Virus record (IMG/VR): IMGVR_UViG_3300033273_000148
Span: 1 to 26,313 of that record
Strand: one strand, 5' to 3'
Source of the DNA: a virus
Taxonomy: Duplodnaviria > Caudoviricetes
Length of the DNA: 26,313 nucleotides
Numbering within the stretch: the first letter of the stretch is position 1; every line of letters begins with the position of its first letter. Below are positions 15,412-24,627 of the stretch, one piece after another. Made by a program: the position numbers and the translations under genes. The notes under the pieces were generated by a model. It searched no databases and had not been told where the DNA came from. It saw only the letters and a program-made list of their open reading frames with translations.

Positions 15412-16085
15412 AGAGTTCCGAAATAAAAATCGTTGACGATCTATTTGATAGTCAGACTATATCTGAGTTAATTGATAGTGTTGATAAACATTTTGAACAC
15501 AATTTAATGTTCAGTGATTTTATTGAGGTCACTAACTCTATTATTGATTGTCATGGACTTGCTTTATCTGACACGGCATTCTTCCCTTACTCTGAGAGAT
15601 GCTGGAATATATTCTGTATAAAGGTAAAGCAGAATGTTGATGGTTATTGTAAGAGTTTGGGGATTGATCCGATTTCAGTTATCCCATTCTCTTGTTGGGC
15701 AGAGAGATCTTTATATTCTGAACAACCTGCGAGTGTAGTAACACTAGAAGATGTTTTGGATATTGATCATACTGTCAATCCTGATGCTAGTTTTGTTCGT
15801 GATGCTCTAGATGTGGTCAAAGATACTCAAGTTAAAAAACATTTTTTGAGATCTGTATATAATCTAGTTCCGTATGATAAGTCTTATGGAACTAGGATAG
15901 ACTTTCATGACACGATGAAAACGACTAAAGTTGACTCCAAAGAGAATAGATTAATTATTTACGATGGTGGCACATATAAGAGCGCACATTATTATCCAAA
16001 TGCCTCTGGCAAATGTAACATTGTATTTGATTGGTATATTAATGTTCCATATGATGTTCCCGACTGGATATTGCCAGTCAGTTAA
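15408..16085 (+). CDS. Degenerate 2OG-oxygenase-fold protein (distant paralog of 16078..16716)
   Basis: SCWAER, SVYNL, RLIIYDG...AHY, NIVFD align with SSWITR, VVYYL, SLMVFNP...YHT, TIVCD of the neighbour; no HxD/HxH. Confidence 0.55.
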   Translation: MKSSEIKIVDDLFDSQTISELIDSVDKHFEHNLMFSDFIEVTNSIIDCHGLALSDTAFFPYSERCWNIFCIKVKQNVDGYCKSLGIDPISVIPFSCWAERSLYSEQPASVVTLEDVLDIDHTVNPDASFVRDALDVVKDTQVKKHFLRSVYNLVPYDKSYGTRIDFHDTMKTTKVDSKENRLIIYDGGTYKSAHYYPNASGKCNIVFDWYINVPYDVPDWILPVS

Positions 16086-16716
16086 ACATAGTATCGCAGA
16101 CAATAGTTATTCTTGGATATTTTTGTACTTCTTCTAGTGGTGGATATAGTGCAGTGTGATATAGTTGTGGATTAAAAACCATCAGACTGTTCTCTTCACC
16201 ATCATTGTTGAATATTTTATTCTCAGTTAGTTGTACGATGGTTCCATATTTGGGACTAGGATTTTTTAGGTAGTATACAACTCCAATAGGATTGTTTGTA
16301 TGTGAGTGCATATTACCAAAAGTGCTATGCTGGCTAAGTCTCTTTCTTAATTGTTCCTTTGTATGCTTCCCTGGGAATTCAATATCAGCAACTCTGGTAA
16401 TCCAAGAAGAATGTATTCTAAGTGTCTTTAAATCTATACCCGTGATCTGACAATACTTTGCGATATGTGCTCTTATTTCTTTATAGAATTTTATCCAAAG
16501 AGGATCAGTTACGAAATCTGTAAATGCTAGAAGTTGTGAGGATGCTTCAGGTGGATAGACTTCCTTAGTAATTGGTTTTCTGGTATTCTCTAACCATTTA
16601 ACTGCAGAGTCATATAAGTCAGGAAGAACTTCTTCTGGCATTACATCTAATGCTTTGTAGAAGTATGAATCTTCGTGGTTTTTAACTTGAATCTTCTTCG
16701 ACATATCACAAATCAT
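16078..16716 (-). CDS. Putative Fe(II)/2OG oxygenase (TIGR02466/2OG-FeII_Oxy_5-like)
   Basis: SSWITR, NMHSH, GVVYYL, LMVFNPQLYH, PRITIV. The start may be 16704. Confidence 0.7.
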   Translation of the reverse strand: MICDMSKKIQVKNHEDSYFYKALDVMPEEVLPDLYDSAVKWLENTRKPITKEVYPPEASSQLLAFTDFVTDPLWIKFYKEIRAHIAKYCQITGIDLKTLRIHSSWITRVADIEFPGKHTKEQLRKRLSQHSTFGNMHSHTNNPIGVVYYLKNPSPKYGTIVQLTENKIFNNDGEENSLMVFNPQLYHTALYPPLEEVQKYPRITIVCDTMFN

Positions 16717-16939
16717 GCTATGGTATTATTTATTATGGTTCTAATATATCTAGCAACTGATTCTCACACATGAGACGATGCCTCTTACCAGTAGACCTTG
16801 CCCTACTCTGAGCAGATCTACGTGCATTTGCCTCATGGTGCATCGTTTGGTAATGCTTCCAATATCCAAATTGGTCCAGATATTCTATATCAATTTTTTT
16901 GACGGACATATCAAAAATCATGCTGTGGTAGTATTTATT
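16700..16939 (-). repeat. 35-bp direct repeat (16700-16734 and 16905-16939) carrying a late promoter, leader and start codon
   Basis: gacatatcacaaatcatgctatggtattatttatt vs gacatatcaaaaatcatgctgtggtagtatttatt, 32/35 identical. The minus strand reads AATAAATA...ATGATTT.TGATATGTC. Confidence 0.9.
16733..16921 (-). CDS. Hypothetical protein (58-62 aa)
   Basis: Minus-strand AATAAATA late promoter at 16932-16939; start at 16921 or 16909. Confidence 0.7.
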   Translation of the reverse strand: MIFDMSVKKIDIEYLDQFGYWKHYQTMHHEANARRSAQSRARSTGKRHRLMCENQLLDILEP

Positions 16940-16979
16940 GACGCTCTATGCTATACTGAAAATCTATAATACCCAAACT

Positions 16980-17987
16980 ATGAAGACAGCACTTATCACG
17001 GGCATTACTGGGCAAGATGGATCTTATCTTGCAGAGTTGCTCATTGAGAAAGGATATATGGTACATGGGATTGTGCGACGATCCTCTCTAATCAATACTC
17101 ATCGTATTGATCATATCTTTGATCATCCTCAGATGAAACTTCACTATGGTGATCTCACTGACGCTGGTAATCTGATTCATGTAATTCAGAAGTGTAAACC
17201 AGATGAAATTTATAACCTTGCTGCTCAAAGTCATGTGAAAGTGTCGTTTGAGCTTCCTGAATATACTGGCAATGTTGATGGATTGGGAACTCTTCGCATC
17301 TTAGAAGCAGTTCGTATCTTGGAGATGGAAGATAAAGTTCGTATCTATCAGGCATCTACGTCAGAGCTTTATGGTCTTGTTCAAGAGGTTCCTCAGAAGG
17401 AAACTACTCCCTTCTATCCACGCTCACCTTACGGTGTAGCAAAACTCTATGCATACTGGATCACGAAGAACTATCGTGAGTCATATGGAATGTATGCTTG
17501 CACGGGTATTTTGTTTAATCATGAGTCTCCTCGTAGGGGAGAGACCTTTGTGACTCGGAAGATTACTAGAGGTCTATCCAAGATTAGTTGTGGACTTCAA
17601 GATGTTCTGTATCTTGGTAATTTGAATGCAAAACGTGACTGGGGTCATGCCAAGGATTATGCTGAAGCTATGTGGTTGATGCTCCAGCAAGATTCTCCTG
17701 ATGATTATGTTATTGCAACTGGTCAACAATATTCTGTTAGGGAGTTTGTAGAGAAGTCTGCAAGTTACTTTGGAATGGATATTGAGTGGCAAGGAGAGGG
17801 CCTTGATGAAATTGGAATTGATAAGAATACTGGTAGAGTCGTCATTAAGGTGGACGATAAATACTTCCGCCCAGCAGAAGTTGAATCTCTTTTGGGAGAT
17901 GCAACAAAAGCAAAAGAGCAACTAGGTTGGGAACCTAAAATTTCGTTTGATGAACTCGTTGAGGACATGTGTATCTATGGACAGTGA
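16980..17987 (+). CDS. gmd: GDP-mannose 4,6-dehydratase
   Basis: [57 protein letters not shown]; ATG 16980. Confidence 0.97.
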   Translation: MKTALITGITGQDGSYLAELLIEKGYMVHGIVRRSSLINTHRIDHIFDHPQMKLHYGDLTDAGNLIHVIQKCKPDEIYNLAAQSHVKVSFELPEYTGNVDGLGTLRILEAVRILEMEDKVRIYQASTSELYGLVQEVPQKETTPFYPRSPYGVAKLYAYWITKNYRESYGMYACTGILFNHESPRRGETFVTRKITRGLSKISCGLQDVLYLGNLNAKRDWGHAKDYAEAMWLMLQQDSPDDYVIATGQQYSVREFVEKSASYFGMDIEWQGEGLDEIGIDKNTGRVVIKVDDKYFRPAEVESLLGDATKAKEQLGWEPKISFDELVEDMCIYGQ

Positions 17988-18912
17988 TTCTAGAATTCTG
18001 GTTGCTGGTGCCAACGGTTTAGTTGGATCGGCAATCGTGAGGTGCTTGAAGAATAAAGGACACAATTTTGTTATTGAAGCAACTCGTAGCGAAGTTGACT
18101 TTACAAACCAAGTACAGACTCAAGCATATTTTGGATCTGTAGAACCAGAGTATGTTTTTGTTGCCGCAGCAAAAGTTGGCGGAATCATGGCAAATAAAAC
18201 ATTGCCAGCCGACTTTATCTATCAGAACTTAATGATTCAATCTAATATCATTAATTCTGCTTATGAATATGGTTGTAAAAAACTAGTATTCCTTGGATCA
18301 TCTTGCATCTATCCAAAGCATCCTCAGATTCCTATTACTGAGGATCAATTGATGACTGGTCCTTTGGAACCAACAAATGATGCATATGCAGTCGCAAAGA
18401 TTGCTGGCATTAAGATGTGCCAAGCATACCGTCAGCAGCATGGTTTTGATGCAATCTCACTTCAACCAACTAATTTGTATGGGGTGAAGGATAACTTTAA
18501 TCCATTATCGAGTCATGTTATCCCTGGGGTCATGCGTAGAATGCATGAGGCAAAACTAAAAGGTGATACTGAATTTTGGTGTTGGGGAGATGGATCTCCT
18601 TTGAGAGAGTTCCTGTACATTGATGATATGGCAGAAGCGTGCTATGCTTGTATGGAGAACTATAGTGATTCTGAAATCATTAACATTGGTACAGGATATG
18701 ACATCTCTATTAAAGAGTTGACAGAAGTTATTGCTGAAGTTGTTGGATATAGTGGTTACATCAAATGGGATACAACTAAACCAAATGGAACTCCTAGGAA
18801 GGTCATGAATGTAGATAAACTTCTTGGTCTTGGGTGGAAACCTAAAGTTGATATTGTAGAGGGACTGACTAAAACTTACGAATGGTTTAAAGAGAATTAT
18901 GATCGGATTTAA
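17977..18912 (+). CDS. fcl: GDP-L-fucose synthase (GDP-4-keto-6-deoxymannose epimerase/reductase)
   Basis: [51 protein letters not shown]; ATG 17977. Confidence 0.95.
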   Translation: MDSDSRILVAGANGLVGSAIVRCLKNKGHNFVIEATRSEVDFTNQVQTQAYFGSVEPEYVFVAAAKVGGIMANKTLPADFIYQNLMIQSNIINSAYEYGCKKLVFLGSSCIYPKHPQIPITEDQLMTGPLEPTNDAYAVAKIAGIKMCQAYRQQHGFDAISLQPTNLYGVKDNFNPLSSHVIPGVMRRMHEAKLKGDTEFWCWGDGSPLREFLYIDDMAEACYACMENYSDSEIINIGTGYDISIKELTEVIAEVVGYSGYIKWDTTKPNGTPRKVMNVDKLLGLGWKPKVDIVEGLTKTYEWFKENYDRI

Positions 18913-19702
18913 TAACCTAGGTAAACTGGGAAGACTTGGGAACCAGATGTTCCAGTACGCATCTCTTCGTGGCATTGCCGCTAAGAATGGATACAACTGG
19001 ATGATGCCGCCTCCAGCAGAAGATTATAAGAAGATGAATGAATGGGAGCATCATCAAATCTTCTATCCATTTGTTTTGGAAACAGTTGAGAATTTGAATG
19101 TTCAATATGTAGATGGTGAGCGTCCGACTGTCAGAGAGAAGACATTTGGATTTGATGAAGACCTCTATAACAATTGTCCTAGATGGGTTAATCTTGAAGG
19201 ATACTTTCAAACTGAGAAGTATTTTAAAGAGATTGAAGATGTAATTCGTAAAGATTTTACTTTTAAACCTCAATTCTTGAGACCCTGTAGGTCTATGATT
19301 AGCTCATTTGAAGATCCTGTATCTCTTCATATTAGGCGTACAGATTATCTCCAATTGTCTCATCATCACAATAATCTTGGACTAGATTATTACGAAGAAG
19401 CACTATCTCACTTTGATGAAGATAGGAACGTTGTTATCTTTAGTGATGATCCTGAGTGGTGTAAAGAACAAAGTTTGTTTGAGAGTGATCGATTCTTGGT
19501 TGCTGAAGGTAATATAAATTATACTGACATGTGTTTAATGAGTCTCTGCAAAGCACATATCATTGCCAACTCTTCATTCTCCTGGTGGGGTGCTTGGTTG
19601 GCAAAGAGCGAAAAAGTTATCGCTCCCAGCAAGTGGTTTGGTCCAGACAATCAACATCTGGATACAAACGACATTTATTGTGAAGGATGGATTGTGATTT
19701 GA
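18899..19702 (+). CDS. GT11 alpha-1,2-fucosyltransferase
   Basis: GRLGNQMFQYA, EGYFQTEKYF, SLHIRRTDY, FSDDPEWC, IIANSSFSWWGAWL. Confidence 0.92.
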   Translation: MIGFNNLGKLGRLGNQMFQYASLRGIAAKNGYNWMMPPPAEDYKKMNEWEHHQIFYPFVLETVENLNVQYVDGERPTVREKTFGFDEDLYNNCPRWVNLEGYFQTEKYFKEIEDVIRKDFTFKPQFLRPCRSMISSFEDPVSLHIRRTDYLQLSHHHNNLGLDYYEEALSHFDEDRNVVIFSDDPEWCKEQSLFESDRFLVAEGNINYTDMCLMSLCKAHIIANSSFSWWGAWLAKSEKVIAPSKWFGPDNQHLDTNDIYCEGWIVI

Positions 19703-20421
19703 TGAAAGTTGCTGTAATTTTTATTGGTACTGATAAGTATCTAAACTTTTTGCCAAGTTGGCATGAGAGTTGTGAGAAGTTCCTTCTTCCTGGAGTTGAG
19801 AAGAAGTATGCCATCTTTACTGATGGCGAGATTCCTGAAGCACCTGACAATGCTGTCATCTACGAGCAAGAGCATCTGGAATGGCCGTACATCACTTTGT
19901 ATCGCTTTAAGATGATTCGTAGGTGTTTTGATGACATCAAGGACTGTGATTGGTTACTCTTCCTTGATGCTGATATGCGTGTGGTTGATACGGTAAATCC
20001 AGAAGACCTATTTGATGATACTAAGAAGTATATTGGTGTTCATCATCCGTGTCATTATTTGAACTTCCCTCCACACGATGAGATTCCTGGCGCATTTGAT
20101 GTTACTCCACTCTCTAAAGCATGTGTAGCAGAAGATGATGATCTATCTGTTTATGTACAGGGTTGTCTGTGGGGTGGTAAAATGCCATATGTTATGGATA
20201 TGATTGAAGAACTTGATAAGAGAACCACCGAAGATGAAGCAAACAACGTCATTGCCACTTGGCATGACGAGAGTCATCTAAACAAGTTCTATCTAGAACG
20301 TAGAGACGAAGTGTTTGTGGCATCTCCATCCCTTGCCTTCCCAGAATTATTTGAGTCGGCATGTACGTTCGATGCAAAAATTGTCCACCTAGCAAAAGAT
20401 AATAGTAAGTATCATGTCTAA
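19702..20421 (+). CDS. GT6 family (ABO-like) alpha-1,3-Gal/GalNAc transferase
   Basis: IGTDKY, FTD, LFLDADM (DXD), YVQGCLWGG, WHDESHLNK, LAKD; TGATG coupling to GT11. Confidence 0.9.
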   Translation: MKVAVIFIGTDKYLNFLPSWHESCEKFLLPGVEKKYAIFTDGEIPEAPDNAVIYEQEHLEWPYITLYRFKMIRRCFDDIKDCDWLLFLDADMRVVDTVNPEDLFDDTKKYIGVHHPCHYLNFPPHDEIPGAFDVTPLSKACVAEDDDLSVYVQGCLWGGKMPYVMDMIEELDKRTTEDEANNVIATWHDESHLNKFYLERRDEVFVASPSLAFPELFESACTFDAKIVHLAKDNSKYHV

Positions 20422-21118
20422 GGTCGCTATGATCTATTCAGGTCAACCCAGGCACCTGAAAGAATGTTTTGAGAATCATCGATCTACGTTTTGGGATGCA
20501 AATCCTGATGCAGAGATCGATGTATTTGCACATATATGGTATGATGAGGCATGGGTAGGTTCATACTTTTGGGATCAGTATAAAGATCGTGGACGCTGGG
20601 AGGCAGATCTTAAAGACTTTATGGTCGATAAGTGGCAACCTAAGGGTCTTGTCTTTGAAGAACCCAAGGAGTTTGAGGCGGAGGATATTCATCCTGACCC
20701 AAGATTCCCTCATCCTGTGAATAATATTATCTCTATGTTCTACAGTGTGTGTGAAGCAAACAACCTCAAGAAAAAATACGAGGAAGAAAATGGTTTTAAG
20801 TATGATTGTGTTGTTCGATTACGAACTGATGAATACTTTTATACACCAATTGGGTCACTTGACAACTACGATTTAAATACCGTAAATGTCCTTAATGAGT
20901 GGGCACATGTAGAGCATGGTATTAATGACCACTTTGCATTTGGGTCCTCTGAACTTATGGATAAATATCTCGACGTATTTGAAAACTTCGTTGAGATTTG
21001 TGAGATGGGTGCAGAGATCAACCCTGAGTGTATCATTGGGTTCAATGCCCAAAAAAGACACAAACTTCCTATCACTAAGAATCCCTGGCACTATGTTCTT
21101 TGGAGAGACAAAAAATAA
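20414..21118 (+). CDS. Uncharacterised glycan-cluster protein (GQPR...DVF.H.W...YD.V...R.D family), paralog A
   Basis: Overlaps both neighbours; shares motifs with 22494..23222. Confidence 0.7.
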   Translation: MSKVAMIYSGQPRHLKECFENHRSTFWDANPDAEIDVFAHIWYDEAWVGSYFWDQYKDRGRWEADLKDFMVDKWQPKGLVFEEPKEFEAEDIHPDPRFPHPVNNIISMFYSVCEANNLKKKYEEENGFKYDCVVRLRTDEYFYTPIGSLDNYDLNTVNVLNEWAHVEHGINDHFAFGSSELMDKYLDVFENFVEICEMGAEINPECIIGFNAQKRHKLPITKNPWHYVLWRDKK

Positions 21119-22494
21119 TGACAACTAAACTTGTTATCTTTGATTTGGATGGCGTCCTTATCGACAGTAAAGATTATCATTACGATGCCCTGAACCAAGC
21201 ACTTGGTTCTGAATATGCAATCAGTCGGGAAGAACATGTCAGTATCTATGATGGTCTTCCTACTAAAGCAAAGTTAGAACTTCTTACCAAGAATAAAGGT
21301 CTCCCTGTAGATCAGTATGATAAAATCTGGAGAGACAAGCAAGAAGCAACGCTTAAAATCTTTAATGAGTGTGTTGCTAAAGACTATGAGCTGATGGGAT
21401 ACTTCCAGCAGTTGGTAGACTGTGGATATAAGATTGCTGTCGCTTCAAATAGTATTCGTAATACTGTTAAGATCATTCTTCTTCGTCTAGGATTGCTTGA
21501 GTTTGTAGACATGTACGTCTCTAATGAAGACGTTGTTCGTAACAAACCATTCCCAGCAATGTACTGGAAGTGCATGACTGCACTGGGTGCTCTCCCTAAT
21601 GATACTGTCATTATTGAAGACAGTCATATTGGTCGTCAGGGTGCCCTGGATAGCAAGTGTCATCTTGTTCCTGTAGAAGATCGTAGAGATCTCAATCAGA
21701 GTAAGATTGATAGAATCAAAAAAATTCTAAATGGTACTAAGAAAAAAGTGGCGTGGGAGAGCAAGACTATGAACGTACTTATTCCTATGGCAGGTCGCGG
21801 TAGTCGATTTGCATCTCAGGGTTATACCTTCCCCAAACCTCTGATTGAGGTCAAGGGTAAACCAATGATTCAAGTGGTTACTGAGAATCTGAACATCAAA
21901 GCAAACTATACTTTTATTGTACAGAAAGAGCACTATGAGCAGTATAATCTTAATTACCTACTTCCTCTTATTGCTCCTGGATGTAACATCGTTCAGGTGG
22001 ACGGAATCACTGAAGGAGCGTGCTGCACCACTCTCCTTGCAAAAGAGTTTATCAACAATGATGAACCACTAGTAATGGCAAACTCTGACCAGTTTGTTGA
22101 GTGGGATTCTAACGAGACTCTCTATGCCTTCCAGAACGGTGATGCTGATGGTGGCATTGTTACCTTCCCTGCGACTCATCCTAAGTGGTCATATGCCAAA
22201 CTTGGAGAGGACGGATACGTTGCTGAAGTTGCTGAGAAGAAGCCTATCTCTGAACATGCAACGGTTGGTATCTACTACTGGAAGAAGGGATCTGACTATG
22301 TGAAGTACGCTGAGCAGATGATTGAGAAAGACATTCGTGTCAACAATGAATACTATGTTTGTCCAGTATTCAACGAAGCAATTGGCGATGGCAAGAAGAT
22401 CCGCATTAAAGAGATTGACAAAGCAGGTATGTGGGGTATCGGAACTCCTGAGGATCTGAACTACTTCCTTGAGCATTACGAAGGTGAGGTCTGA
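21118..22494 (+). CDS. HAD-family phosphatase / nucleotidyltransferase fusion
   Basis: N-terminal FDLDGVLID, SNS, KPFP, IIEDS; C-terminal IPMAGRGSRF...PKPLI, NSDQ, EKKPIS, GTPEDL; TAATG coupling. Confidence 0.9.
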   Translation: MTTKLVIFDLDGVLIDSKDYHYDALNQALGSEYAISREEHVSIYDGLPTKAKLELLTKNKGLPVDQYDKIWRDKQEATLKIFNECVAKDYELMGYFQQLVDCGYKIAVASNSIRNTVKIILLRLGLLEFVDMYVSNEDVVRNKPFPAMYWKCMTALGALPNDTVIIEDSHIGRQGALDSKCHLVPVEDRRDLNQSKIDRIKKILNGTKKKVAWESKTMNVLIPMAGRGSRFASQGYTFPKPLIEVKGKPMIQVVTENLNIKANYTFIVQKEHYEQYNLNYLLPLIAPGCNIVQVDGITEGACCTTLLAKEFINNDEPLVMANSDQFVEWDSNETLYAFQNGDADGGIVTFPATHPKWSYAKLGEDGYVAEVAEKKPISEHATVGIYYWKKGSDYVKYAEQMIEKDIRVNNEYYVCPVFNEAIGDGKKIRIKEIDKAGMWGIGTPEDLNYFLEHYEGEV

Positions 22495-23222
22495 TGAAAG
22501 TAGCACTAGCATTTTTCGGTCAACCTAGATTTGTTGATAATCAGCAAATCATTGACACCTATAAGCAAGTCATCCTTGATAGGTATGACACTGATGTCTT
22601 CGGACACATGTGGTGGCAAGAAGAGGCAGAGGGTGAGTATGATTATTCCTCCTGGTCTAAAATTGCAAAGTGTCCTATTCCAAAGGATGCTCCTAAGATT
22701 ATCGCGGATAACTATTCCCCAATTATTATGGGTATAGAAGATCCAAGAACTTTTGAATTACCTCCCAACGCACTTAAGTATGTTGATGAGAGATTCACTG
22801 GTAAGCATCCTGACGGTCCACACTGGAATCACAAAAATTATAGTAATGTGATGTCCCAGTTGTTTTCTATTAAGTCCGTTGCTAATATTGTAAAGTCTTA
22901 CGCGGAAGAGACTAATACTAGTTACGACTTTATTGTTCTTGCTAGGTATGATACTGTCCTGATGAGATTCCCTGATCTTAATACTTGTGACAAGTATAAG
23001 TTCTATCTTCCTGGACATCACCCCAGATTCCCTGATACTATTCAGTTCTTTGGACCCAAGTATCTCTCATGGGCATTGAACGCCTTTGATGATGTTGATT
23101 ATATCTACGAGGGAATTTGGGAACCTTCTCCAGAAGCATTCAAGATGGGTGCCTTCTTGCGTAGGTTTAGTCAATCAGACCTTGCCCCTTGTTCTATGGA
23201 TGCTGCTTGCATCAGAAGCTAA
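22494..23222 (+). CDS. Uncharacterised glycan-cluster protein, paralog B
   Basis: KVALAFFGQPR, DVFGHMW, YDFIVLARYD; TGATG coupling. Confidence 0.7.
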   Translation: MKVALAFFGQPRFVDNQQIIDTYKQVILDRYDTDVFGHMWWQEEAEGEYDYSSWSKIAKCPIPKDAPKIIADNYSPIIMGIEDPRTFELPPNALKYVDERFTGKHPDGPHWNHKNYSNVMSQLFSIKSVANIVKSYAEETNTSYDFIVLARYDTVLMRFPDLNTCDKYKFYLPGHHPRFPDTIQFFGPKYLSWALNAFDDVDYIYEGIWEPSPEAFKMGAFLRRFSQSDLAPCSMDAACIRS

Positions 23223-23680
23223 TGAAACTAATTGCACATCGTGCCAATATTAATGGTCCAGATGCATCTACTGAGAATGAACCCAAACAAATTGACAAAT
23301 GTATCGAAGCAGGATATGATGTCGAAATTGATGTTAGGTATGATCCAAAGACTGAGCGTCTTTGGTTAGGGCACGATACTCCAGATCATGCTGTGACCTG
23401 GTGGTGGTTAGCAGGTAGAGCACCTCACCTGTGGATCCATTGTAAGGACATCACTACCATGTTCGCTTTTGCTGATGGCACAAGTGGATACAATTATTTT
23501 TGGCATCAAGAGGATGACTTTACTTTAACAAGTAAGCATTACATCTGGACATATCCAGGTAAACCATATACAAGTAAGAGTGTTATTGTTATGCCAGAGT
23601 GGAATGAACCAGACTGGGATAAACTTAGAGTCACTAATTGTTATGGTATTTGTACAGATTTCCCAGCAAAATTAAAATGA
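23222..23680 (+). CDS. Short glycerophosphodiester phosphodiesterase-like protein
   Basis: LIAHRA, EN, GYDVEIDV, LWLGHD, LWIHCK, GICTD; TAATG coupling at 23222. Confidence 0.75.
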   Translation: MKLIAHRANINGPDASTENEPKQIDKCIEAGYDVEIDVRYDPKTERLWLGHDTPDHAVTWWWLAGRAPHLWIHCKDITTMFAFADGTSGYNYFWHQEDDFTLTSKHYIWTYPGKPYTSKSVIVMPEWNEPDWDKLRVTNCYGICTDFPAKLK

Positions 23681-24627
23681 AGATTACATTAGTAGGTCCT
23701 GGAATCATGCCGATTCCCCCAACAGGATGGGGTGCGGTAGAGATTCTTGTGTGGGACACAAAGAATGCTCTTGAAGAGTTGGGGCATGAAGTTCAAATCA
23801 TTAACACAAAAGACTATCGTCAGATTATCAATGGCATCAATGCTTTTGTACCTGACTTTGTTCATGTGCATTATGATGAGTTTATTCCCATCATGCCATT
23901 CATTCAATACCCAGCAGCGATTACAAGTCACTTTGGATATTTGGAACGTAGAGAGATGTTTAATGGTTATGTAAACGTCGCTAAAGAATTCCAAAAAATC
24001 AAACCAAACGTGTTCTGCCTCTCTGAAGGAATTCAGAAGGTTTATAATATCATGTTTGATGTTCCTAAAGATAATACTTACGTAACACCTAATGGTGTTA
24101 ACATTGAGCGTTTTAGGCACTCTCTGGATCCTGAGTATCCAGATCGCAGTTTGTATCTTGCAAAGATTGACTATCGCAAGCGTCAGCATCTTTTCCAAGG
24201 TATTGATAGTCTTTGGTTTGCAGGTAATCTTGCAGATAATAGGTTTGATACTAATAAGAACTACCTTGGTGAATGGTCTAAGGAGACTCTTTATGGGCAA
24301 CTGACAGACTATGGTAACCTTGTTCTCCTATCGGATGGTGAAGCACACCCTCTGGTTTGTATGGAGGCACTTGCAGCTGGTCTGGGTGTTGTTGTTTGTG
24401 AATGGGGCAAGGCAAATCTTGACCTTGATAAAGAGTTCATTACGGTTATTCCTGAAGATAAGATTAATGATCTTGAGTTTGTAGAGAATGCTATAATTAA
24501 GAATAGAGAATACTCTATTAACAATAGAGAGGAGATTGTTCAATACTCTAAAAAGTTTGAGTGGAAGGAAGTTCTCCGTAATCATTACATCCCTAGTGTA
24601 GAGAAGGTAATTGAACGTCATGCATAG
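23677..24627 (+). CDS. GT4 family (GT-B) glycosyltransferase
   Basis: PPTGWGAVE, PNGV, EAHPLVCMEALAAG (E-x7-E); ATGA coupling. Confidence 0.85.
   Translation: MKITLVGPGIMPIPPTGWGAVEILVWDTKNALEELGHEVQIINTKDYRQIINGINAFVPDFVHVHYDEFIPIMPFIQYPAAITSHFGYLERREMFNGYVNVAKEFQKIKPNVFCLSEGIQKVYNIMFDVPKDNTYVTPNGVNIERFRHSLDPEYPDRSLYLAKIDYRKRQHLFQGIDSLWFAGNLADNRFDTNKNYLGEWSKETLYGQLTDYGNLVLLSDGEAHPLVCMEALAAGLGVVVCEWGKANLDLDKEFITVIPEDKINDLEFVENAIIKNREYSINNREEIVQYSKKFEWKEVLRNHYIPSVEKVIERHA

Noticed and set aside
6705-16716. TET/JBP-type DNA hypermodification system (oxygenase + glycosyltransferase)
   Set aside because: No oxygenase shows recognisable TET/JBP motifs, no DNA methyltransferase is in the window, and the GT families are surface-glycan types. 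Not formally excluded without nucleoside analysis.
16938-16970. Canonical sigma70 promoter for the gmd operon
   Set aside because: TTGACG is 8 nt from TATACT and 21 nt from TATAAT, so neither spacing fits. An extended -10 (TGcTATACT) is possible but not called.
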